This document shows positions 1 to 8,800 of a stretch of DNA of 64,000 bases, one piece after another. Position 1 is the stretch's first letter; each line of letters starts with the position of its first letter. This DNA comes from Chloropicon primus (lineage: Eukaryota). Position numbers and translations under genes: made by a program. Under the pieces are notes generated by a model. The model made no database searches. It saw nothing but the letters and a program-made list of their open reading frames with translations, and was not told where the DNA came from. The DNA lies in the NCBI GenBank assembly GCA_023205875.1, contig CP060759.1, forward strand, positions 62,001 through 126,000, written 5' to 3'.

Positions 1-465
1 ACATGCGGACGGTGCGGAACTAGACCCACGTTCCGTGAGCCCGCCCGTGAGCAGCCCGAGGAGGAGATTGGTCGCCGCGGGGGGGATTCCGGCCGGGGAT
101 CCCGGAGGCAGCCCCGGTCCCCCGCCAGGTACCCTTGCGAGTGCACGAACGACGGTTACTCTGGAAACGTTCAAACTGACCGCCGCGGCTGCTTCACCAT
201 CAACGTGGCGGAGGAGGCCGCGGCGAGGTACGCCGGCAACGCGGGAGGCAGGGTCGGCGAGGCCATCGCCGGATACTGGGGCGGGGACGCCGCTCAGTTC
301 TCCTCCTACTTTGCGGGCCTGTGGAGCAACGTCGCCCAGAGCTGGGCCCGGACCAACATGAGAGATTCTACCACGAACATCTGCTACGTGGTCGATCCGC
401 AAAACTGCGCTTCCTCGAGGGAGAGCGAGCTCTTCCCCGGGGCTCGCTGGCGCTCCTGCGACTAG
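1..465 (+). CDS. 3' end of a Cys-rich, probably extracellular protein (partial, starts before window)
   Basis: Frame 1 is open from base 1 to TAG at 463-465: TCGRC...YPCECTNDGYSGNVQTDRRGC...CYVVDPQNC...FPGARWRSCD. The spaced Cys pattern is typical of small disulfide-bonded modules. Confidence 0.6.
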   Translation, partial: TCGRCGTRPTFREPAREQPEEEIGRRGGDSGRGSRRQPRSPARYPCECTNDGYSGNVQTDRRGCFTINVAEEAAARYAGNAGGRVGEAIAGYWGGDAAQFSSYFAGLWSNVAQSWARTNMRDSTTNICYVVDPQNCASSRESELFPGARWRSCD

Positions 466-921
466 CCGGGCTGTTCAAGATGCATGATGTAAGTGGATGA
501 AACAGCAACTAACAACAGCAAGCTCACTGTTGCCTTTGCAAAACATATACATATATAGACGTCTCTCTCTCCCTCCCCCTCTCTCCCTCCTCGTTCCTCG
601 TCCTCCACCGCAACTCGTTGACCCTTCTTCTGGTTCCCCCCACCTTTCTTGACTTCCCTCCTTCCCCCTTGCGTCCTCCTGAACCTCTCCAGCTCACTCC
701 CCCTCTCGGCGCCATGCCAGCCTAATTAGGGCTCCAGAGGCTTTATCAGCGCGGGGGGCGACCTCATCTAAACAAGGAGAGAGAGAGGGGGGCGTGTTAT
801 ATATGTATTGTTTCTATATATAAAAAAGATATGAAATATATGATTGGGAGAGAGACAGAGAGAGACATCGGTTGCTCGAGGAGAAGATGAAGAAGACGAG
901 AAAAAAAAAGCATGATGAAAG

Positions 922-2061
922 CTAAGCTGCGGAATGGAAGTACTTGTCGGTCCACGTGTCTGCCTTGTTACGCGCGTGCGGGTTCGGCTGCACGCCAATC
1001 TGCGACGCGTGCAGCTTCAGGCACGTCTTCCCAGGCTGCGACTCCGATTGCAGGTACCCTTTCGCCTCCAGCTCTGCCGCGGGGATGATCCAAAAGTATG
1101 CTTTGCCTTCCACCCACGCCACCGCCACTAGCTCGTCGAACGCCCCTGCCGGGTAAGGATCTTGCAGCCGCTTGCCCGCCTCGTCACGCCCGGCGTAGGT
1201 GTTCAGGCTGCACATAAACCCGGCGGCGCCGTTAGACGCCGCGCTCGCCGTCTTGAACTGCTGGCGCGTCGTCGCATCCTTGAGCAGGTCGACTTGGGTG
1301 TTCTGTCCCTCGGGGAAGGCGTAGCGGTGCTTTGGGAAGCTCGCCTTGAACGCGTCGATGCCGCGCATCTCGAGCGCTTGGGCCGCGGACGCGAAGTCGT
1401 GCCGCGCGGCGTGCTCGGTGACGGTCGTCCACCGACACAGATGGGCCTGGGCCTGGGCCTGCTCGCTCAGCCATTGCACGAGCGCGTCGAGGTTGAGGTC
1501 ACGCGCGAGCGCGAGCTCACAGTTCTTGCGGCGGGGGGTGACGCTCAGGTCCAGCTTGCCGCGCTCGTTCAGCGCGTTGCCGTTGTACACCCACGCATCG
1601 CCGACGTCGCACCGCCAGCACACCACACACATCCCCGAGTAGCCGGTGACGTTGTGGAAGTTCCACGTATTCGGGCTACCCTTCACGGTGCCGCTCGTCG
1701 TCTTGAGCTGCACCGGCAGCCACGCGTCCTCCTCGCTCAGGCGGAGGAGGACGTCGGCTTTCGTACCGTCGTTTAGCACGAGCGCCGCGCTCGCGGGGAA
1801 GGTCGCCTCCCATCTGGCGACGAGGGCGAGCGCCACTTCGCGCTCCGTGGCGGAGTTCCGGCCGTAGATCGCCAGGTTGCGGGCGCGCTTCACCGCGAGC
1901 GCGGCTCGGTCGGTCTCCCTCTTCTTGAGTTTGCCCGCGCGGTACGCCTCGAGGGCGGCGACGGCCTCCGCCACGGTGGCGAAGTATTCCGGGCGGCGAC
2001 CGATACGCACTCCGTACTTCTTCTTCTTGCGGCGCTTGTTATTGAACACCCCCTTGGGCAT
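922..2061 (-). CDS. AP2-like DNA-binding domain plus two tandem PD-(D/E)xK-type (QxK) endonuclease domains
   Basis: Intronless ORF; likely start MPKGVF at 2061, with an upstream in-frame ATG at 2100. The N-terminus PKGVFNNKRRKKKKYGVRIG..YFATVAEAVAALEAY resembles the AP2 beta-sheet/helix. Two E...D...QxK motifs follow (TERE..KADVLL..VQLKT and ALEM..QVDLL..QQFKT). Confidence 0.6.
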   Translation of the reverse strand: MPKGVFNNKRRKKKKYGVRIGRRPEYFATVAEAVAALEAYRAGKLKKRETDRAALAVKRARNLAIYGRNSATEREVALALVARWEATFPASAALVLNDGTKADVLLRLSEEDAWLPVQLKTTSGTVKGSPNTWNFHNVTGYSGMCVVCWRCDVGDAWVYNGNALNERGKLDLSVTPRRKNCELALARDLNLDALVQWLSEQAQAQAHLCRWTTVTEHAARHDFASAAQALEMRGIDAFKASFPKHRYAFPEGQNTQVDLLKDATTRQQFKTASAASNGAAGFMCSLNTYAGRDEAGKRLQDPYPAGAFDELVAVAWVEGKAYFWIIPAAELEAKGYLQSESQPGKTCLKLHASQIGVQPNPHARNKADTWTDKYFHSAA

Positions 2062-2070
2062 GGTCGCGCT

Positions 2071-2136
2071 CCGTCTTGAACTGCTGGCGCGTCGTGGCAT
2101 CCTTCAGCAGGTCGACGTGTGTGTTCTGTCCCTCGG
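2071..2136. repeat. 66-bp direct repeat of 1248-1313 (62/66 identical)
   Basis: Direct alignment. The minus strand reads EGQNTHVDLLKDATTRQQFKT vs EGQNTQVDLLKDATTRQQFKT in the gene. Confidence 0.95.
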
Positions 2137-2166
2137 CCTCGACGGCCGTCCGTTACTTTTAGTTTT

Positions 2167-2185
2167 TTCAAAATTCCCGCCAAAA
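2167..2185 (-). promoter_or_regulatory. E2F-like site followed by CHR-like element upstream of the nuclease gene
   Basis: Minus strand reads TTTGGCGGGAATTTTGAA (E2F-type TTGGCGGGAA then TTTGAA) in an AT-rich patch about 110 bp upstream of the ATG. Confidence 0.45.
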
Positions 2186-2583
2186 GCCATGGGATCACTT
2201 TTGGAAAAAACACAGCTTTTGTAGTATTTATAAACTCCCCTTTTGTTGCCGCTCTTATTTTCTCAGGCTCGGGAGAGTCCACCTTTGCTTCCCCTCCCTC
2301 CACGGCGCGGAGAGGTGGCTCGTGCTGCACGCCATCGCCATGGTCCACGGCTCGCCGATGGAGCCCCTAGTGAACTGGCGATCATGATTGATCCATACAA
2401 TACACAGCGTGGACCCCTGCCCACTACCCTCCGAAGATGCTATGAAAGACTCTGTCCACCCCCTTGACCACGGACCTTACGGCCGGAGGCACCAGCCTCT
2501 GCTTGTCAATCCACTCGTCGTTGGGCCGCACGACCTTGACCCTCAGCCTCCGCCTCCCCCACTGCAACCGCGGTTTTGTTTTT

Positions 2584-2595
2584 TTTGGCGCCAAA
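2584..2595. promoter_or_regulatory. Palindromic E2F-like site TTTGGCGCCAAA
   Basis: Matches the E2F consensus TTTSSCGC on both strands. Confidence 0.35.
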
Positions 2596-3012
2596 CAGGA
2601 GAAGCAGAACCGATCGATCGAAGTGATCGACGAGGGAGAGGCGGCAGGGGAGGGAGGCCGAGGCGGGGCGCGAAGGCCACGGCGGAAGGAGAAAGAAGGG
2701 ACCAGGACCAGGACCAGGACCAGGACGAGTGGATTGTTCTGCAGCTTCCTCCTTTCGCGAGGCGAGCGAACGCCCGGGTTTAGTTTTAGAAGAAGAAAAA
2801 GCTTGCCCTTGGTTTGGTTTGGTTAGGACCACCTTCTCCGGACCGAACGAACCAACCTTTGGACGGAAGAGTGAGAGAGAGAGAGAGGAAGAGAGAGAGG
2901 TCCGGGGCCGAAGAGGCCGAGGCGGACGACGACGAAGGCTCGTAATTGGAAAAAAATTCAGTTACACACAAACGGACGCGCAGCCCCAAGCCCAAGGCCC
3001 TTTCCTTTGTCT

Positions 3013-4674
3013 TTACAGTGACTTCACCTCCCCGCCGTTCAGGTTCACGTCGACCTGGTCCGGGAGCTCGACAAGCTCCTCCAAGTTGTTGTGGCTCTTG
3101 ATGCTCTCCAGGGTCGGGGCATTCTTGTTCTTGTCGTTGGTCAGCCACCGGGGACCCAAGTTGTTGATGATGAACACCCCCGCAGGAGCAGTAAGGATGA
3201 TGCTCACCACCGCAACCGTCACGATGTCGTTGCCCCACGCGATGTACTTTGGGTCGTCCTTCTTGTACTCTTCTATGAGCTCCAAGGGGACCGAGGCGAG
3301 GGCCGCCTGGACGGTCGCCTTGGGCAGCCAGGACAGGGCGATGAAGGCCTTCTCGATGTTCGTGTAATACCCCCCGGACACCGCGGCGTAGGCGACTGGT
3401 ATCCGCATCACCACCCCAATCATGGTGACTGCGAGTGCCTTGGGGAGGGTGGAGCTCGGGATCTTCGAGAAGTCGATCTCGCTGCCTATCACCGCGAACA
3501 GCAGGGGCTGGGACACGAGCTTCCACAGCTTGGCGAGGTCGTGCTCGATCTGGTGGAGCATGAAGTAGGTCGCCATGCCCGGAAACTTGTTGTCCTCGTA
3601 CTTCCTCCAAGCCTTCTGGGCGACCACCGCGGTGATCAAACTGGCGAGCGGGCCCGCCCCAGGGAAGTGGAACTTCTTCGCCGTGAACATGAGGGCCATC
3701 CCCGCGCAGACCAAGGCGGCGACTTTCTTCCACCTCTCGTCAAAGAGCTCCCCGTGAGATATCAGCAACCCTGCCAAGACACCTCCCACGATTCCGAAAC
3801 CCACGTTCAGCGGCCCCTGTATGAGGTTCCAGAATAAGGTGCCGTGTGGCACCGCTAACCCGATGAAGAGACTGAACCCCGTGATGGCGAACACGTCGTC
3901 CATGCTCGCCGCCGCGATGACTAGAGACGGGATGCCCTTCGCCGTCCCTATCCCCAGCTCCTGCAGCTTGAGCATCCCCGTGACCACGACGGCCGGGCTC
4001 ACCGCCGCCAGGATGAACCCCTGCGACAAGCCAAGGAAGAGCGGCATGCTGAAGATGCCGACGCTCGCCAGGCCCGAGGAGAGGGCCTCCATGCAAGCGG
4101 GCAAGATGGTTAGCCTCCCCGTGATCGGCCCCAAGTTCTTCACCTGGTCGAGCTCCATCTCCAGCCCAGACCGGAGCAAGATCAGGGACAGGCCGCTCGC
4201 CCTTATCCCACTCGACCACTCCTTGGTCATCCCCTTGATGATGTCCCCCGGCAAGTTCCTCAGAATGATTCCCGAGATGATCATCCCTATCAGCGGTGGC
4301 ATCCCTATCCTAGTGCACAGCTGCGACGCGAAGTGCGCCCCCGCGAGAAGGAGAAGCAGGGACCAGCCCAGCTCGAAGGGAAGGAAGGTGTCCCCGAACA
4401 TGACGTACAAGGCGGCATACCCAAGGCCGCAGATTACGAACAGGGACAGGATCTCGTGGTGGTGCTCGATGGGCTGCGTGAAGTCGTTCTGACTCCCGAT
4501 GGACGCCCTCGTCAGGTTGATCTGCCTATCCATGCTGCTGATGCTGGACTCCACCCGCTCCAACTCCCCTGAGCCTCTCTCCATGTCGCTCAACGGGTTC
4601 CCCAAAGGCCCTTGAAGGGGGTTCTTCGTCCCCGTCGACGAGTTCGAGTAAGACCGGGACTGGCGGTTCGCCAT
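3013..4674 (-). CDS. Na+/H+ antiporter, NHA/SLC9B-like
   Basis: Many TM segments; motifs PPLIGMIISGIILRN, AVSPAVVV, AASMDDVFAI, SWLPKATVQAAL, SIILTAPAG. First ATG at 4674. Confidence 0.9.
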   Translation of the reverse strand: MANRQSRSYSNSSTGTKNPLQGPLGNPLSDMERGSGELERVESSISSMDRQINLTRASIGSQNDFTQPIEHHHEILSLFVICGLGYAALYVMFGDTFLPFELGWSLLLLLAGAHFASQLCTRIGMPPLIGMIISGIILRNLPGDIIKGMTKEWSSGIRASGLSLILLRSGLEMELDQVKNLGPITGRLTILPACMEALSSGLASVGIFSMPLFLGLSQGFILAAVSPAVVVTGMLKLQELGIGTAKGIPSLVIAAASMDDVFAITGFSLFIGLAVPHGTLFWNLIQGPLNVGFGIVGGVLAGLLISHGELFDERWKKVAALVCAGMALMFTAKKFHFPGAGPLASLITAVVAQKAWRKYEDNKFPGMATYFMLHQIEHDLAKLWKLVSQPLLFAVIGSEIDFSKIPSSTLPKALAVTMIGVVMRIPVAYAAVSGGYYTNIEKAFIALSWLPKATVQAALASVPLELIEEYKKDDPKYIAWGNDIVTVAVVSIILTAPAGVFIINNLGPRWLTNDKNKNAPTLESIKSHNNLEELVELPDQVDVNLNGGEVKSL

Positions 4675-5805
4675 TCGTTTGATTTGCCCCCGTTCTATCT
4701 GCCTTCCCCTCCCAAGTCCCACCCCACCCACTGAAGTCGCAAGTGTCCCTCAACCGCCAACCACCTAAAGCCCTCTCCCTCTCCCTCTCCCTCTCCCTCT
4801 CCCTCCCTTCCCTTTGCGCCCACCAACGTGCAACGTGCTTGTGTCTCCTCGACAAACGTCGTCGTCGTTAACGCATCTTTGCCCGAAACCCCATCCCCTT
4901 CTTCTCTCCTATCCAGCGCCCTCGTCCTGGTGTCCTTGCTCTGTGTGTGTGTCTATGTTCTTGCCCCCTTCGTCTCCTGCCCCCTGGCGGAGTTCTGTTG
5001 TTCTGTTGTCGTGTTGTTGTCTGCTGTGATCTGCTGTGTCCGCCTCCCGCAGCCGGAGCTGGAGCCGTGCTGCTCCTCGTGCCTCCTTCTCTTCTCTTCT
5101 CTCTCTGAAAAGGAAAAGCGAAGCGAAGGAAAAGGCGAAACCCCAACCCCACCCCACCCCCACCACGACAAGGCAAGGAGCACTGGCTCTCTTGCTCCTG
5201 GGAAAGGGAAAGGATATCTTTTTCGGCTGGTTTTCCTTTCCCGCGGTCGGATCCAAGTGGACGGTCCCAGAGAGGAACGAACCCAAACGAGGAAACCACA
5301 CAAGAGAGCCAAGAGCAAAGAGGAAAGAGCAAAGGAGAAGAAGGATCCTCTCCTCTTTCCTCTCTCCTCTCTCCTCTCTCTCTTTCCAGGTTTTCCTGTA
5401 TGGAAACCCAAGAGAGAGCCTCGCCTTGGGTTCCTCCCGTTCCTGCAGAGTGTCCATGGGATGAAGGGACTTCAAATATGAACTTCTCCTATTTCAAATG
5501 TCAAAAAGGCTCGACCGAGAGAGAGAGAGAGAAGAGCAACAGACCGAAGAGGAGTCGAAGGCGGACGAGGACCACTGCGCTGCGTATACGACCTAAGCGG
5601 AGCCTCCTCGCATTACCACAGGCCGAGGACGATACTCCTCTTCTCCTCTTTTTCTCTTTTTCTCTTCTTCTCTTCTCTTCTGCTTTCGTTGCGTCGTCGA
5701 GAGAGAGGATAGGATAGGAGAAGAGAACCACTGCAGACCTCCAGGATGGAGCAAGTGTTCCTCGAGTAGTTCTTCTATCCTCTGGTTCGAGGAGAAGGTG
5801 CGACG

Positions 5806-8800
5806 ATGATATCACGGGTACTGCAGGAGTGGGTGCTGAAGCGCCTGTACCGCATGGTGCTGAAACCGGTGCTCGGGAAGCTTCTCAGCAGCGACCTTGA
5901 CCTCGCCCAGCTCGACGTGCAGTTCCTCAACGGGACAGTGGAGCTCAGGGACTTGCACCTCAACGCGGCTTACATCTCGGAGCACTTCTCCAAGTACGGC
6001 CTGGAGCTCGAGGAAGGGTACATAGGCCACGCCAGGGCGGAGATACCGTACTACGCGTTGAGCAGCTCGCAGATTGTTTTGTGCGCGGACACCATAAAGC
6101 TCAAGCTGGTCCCTTGCGACAAGGCGAGCGAGGAGGGCGAGGAGTCCTGCAGCAGCTCGTCTGGGGACGCCAAGCTCTTCGAGGACGCCGCGAGCTCGGT
6201 GGACGCGGGGGAGGAGGAGGAGGAGGAGGACGAGCTGTGGGCCTCGAGCAGCGACGAGGAGGGGGGAGGGAGTTCCAGCTTGAGGAGGAGGAAGAGCGTC
6301 ATCATGAGCAGCATCGAGATGGTTGCAGGGGGCTTGGAAGACTTTCTGCAGAAGCTCAAGATCGTCTGCAGCAATGTCGAGATCGAGCTTGCTGTTTGCT
6401 CCGAGGAGGAGGAGTCCATCCGCGCGAAAGCGAGGCTCGGGGTGTCCCTCAAGCAGCTCTCGTACGAGACAAAGGTTTGGGATGCGGAGAGCGACCGCGC
6501 TGCCGGCGAAGCGACGTCGTCCTCGTCGGCCCCTTCTTCCCGCCAAATAACCTTCAGCGGGCTGTCCGTGGCGGTGGGGATCCCAGCGGCAGAGGCGGTA
6601 GGGGATCCCAGCGGCAGCGAAGAAGAGTTTCACGACGCCATCGGGACCCCAACGAGTGCGTCCGGGGAGGAGGCCATGGCGGCCGCGAGTGGGGGTAAGA
6701 GTGTAAAATTACTTGGGAGCGAGGAAGGGGAGGGCCTGGATGGGTTTGTATCAATAAGGGAGCTGAGGGGCGGTGACGACGGTGAAGGGAAGACACACAC
6801 GTCAATTGACGTTCAACTTGGATCACCGGTTGTGTACATTAGACCGAATAGTATAGAAGGGTGCATCCGCATCACGAACGAGTTCTCTCGCAAGACGGCG
6901 TCGGTTGAGGTTGTCGCCGATCCAGAGGGAGGGACGAGCGGTGCGAACGAGGGGCTGCAGAAGGACATGGTCGACTCCGTCCTGTTCCCCGATTGCAAGA
7001 GCATTGCGGCGGACATTCTGCCCACTTTGATCGCCAAATCAGGGGACGACGACCTTGGCGACGCCCCACCGGAAGCCCTCGCGCTTGCCTCGTCTGTGGA
7101 GGAGTTCTTTGACGCCAACAGCCGCTTGACTGCCTCGTTGAGCGCAAGCGCTTACGGGGGGGCACAGAAGGTGTTCTCCACCGTCATGAAAGTCCAGCAG
7201 GAGGACAAGGTCGGAGAAGACAAAAGGAGGAAGAACGAGTTGGACATGGTGCTGCACCTGCACATCGACCACGTCTCGCTTGATCTGCCCTTTGAAGAAT
7301 ACTGCAGTCACAGGAGCAAGGAGGGCACGGGAATGTTCCTGCGACTGTCGGGGCTTGAAGTGGTGAAGCAAAAGTACGTTTCGGACATGGAAGTTGATGT
7401 CAACGTGGCGTACTTTGGGGTATCTTGCTACGGGGCTCCTCCCCCGGAAGACAGCAAACCGGCGGAGAGGGCTATGGTCTCGGGCCTGCCCAATGGATCG
7501 ACCTTTGGTGAGAATGGGGCAAGGATCACGCCGAGTATTCACGGAAGGCGGCACTTGGTGCTCACGTCGAGCTTTGATTCTGGGACCAGGACTGAGGTTC
7601 AATACAAGCCACATTCCATGGAAGAAGACGAAGTCGGGAAAAGTAGCCGGAGAGGCCTCGTTCAGGTTTTGCTGCAGCCCTTTTGGGTCATGCTCGATGA
7701 CGGCACCCTAGGAATGCTGGTGCCGAAAGCCCTGGAGTGGGTTGCAAGCATCCAAAGGGTGGTTCCGAATGGCAGGAATGAGGGAGCAGTGGGTGCGGGG
7801 GCAGGACCAGCCAAAGGAAGCAAAGGGCAGGCACCTCCTTTCGTCTCACTGAATTCTGAGCACGTGAGAATCATGGGGCTGGCACCTAGGGAGGAGAGTG
7901 GCGGTGCAAAAGATGCGATGATTGTGGACATCGTGAATCGAAACGTGAACGAAAAAATGCTGAGCGTAGACTGTGCAAGTCACATCGAAGTAGAGGCCAA
8001 ACTCTCTGAAGTCTCGTTGTCTCTTCTCCCAGATGTGGGCCGGGCGTCAAACATTCACAGGGTGTTGCATATGCATGAGTCCTCTTCCGCGGGGAAGAGT
8101 TCCAGCTCCACGTTTAGAATCTTGACCGTCTTGCGAGGCAAGAATGAGTCGGACGAGGAGGAGATGTGCTCGTCTGCGTGGGAATATCTGAATGAGAGGT
8201 TCGCGGACGACGCTACGTCCACCTTGCCCCGCCGCGCGAAAGCTGAGGACGAGAGTCTGAAAGACTTTTATCTGCAGGAGAGGGCCATGAGCAAATCCCA
8301 AACGTTTGTGCACCTCTCCTGCAATGAAGTGCGAGCCCGCCTTTCGGTGGAGGACTGCTGTTTTCTCACGCGTTTTTTGGGGGCGTATTCTTCTATTCTC
8401 CCACCTGGTGACGGCGGTGAGACAAAATCGGAGCCAAAAGGTAACTTTAGCATGCTGCTGGAGACTTCGATCACCCTGGAGGCCCAAAGCCGAAGCAGCT
8501 CTGACGGAAAGGACCCTAGACTGTACGGGGTTACTTTGGATGGACTCAGATTATTCGGATCGCACTCGAACACTTTCAATCATTCCATGATTCACTTGGG
8601 AGCGCACGAGGTAGTCGCTTTCTCTCGGATGGCATCAGATACAACAGCGATTGTTCAGGTGCACTCCAAGCCAGAGGAAGGCCCGTGTCTGCAAGTGTCC
8701 TGTGCGGCGAAGAAGGGTGAAAAGGATCTCAACAAGGTCGTTGTCCTGCTCGTGGATGTGAAGGACGTGTCAGCGACTGTGCCAAATTTTCTCCTGGAGG

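Larger units (their letters stand above)
716..2379. mobile_element. Putative inserted element carrying the nuclease gene (boundaries tentative)
   Basis: Imperfect inverted match 716-736 vs 2359-2379 (15/21, core GGGCTCCA). Alternative Helitron-like ends: A|TC at 766/767 and CTAG|T at 2367-2371 with a GGCTC/GAGCC stem. The cargo gene has atypical codon usage. Confidence 0.3.

Noticed and set aside
2424..2561. Minus-strand 45-codon frame (WGRRRLRVKVVRPNDEW...IFGG) after a CAG
   Set aside because: No ATG or upstream donor exon could be found, so it cannot be supported as a gene.
4740..5800. Multiple 100-200 aa ORFs between the antiporter and ATG2
   Set aside because: Low-complexity CT/GA-rich promoter, UTR and intron sequence.
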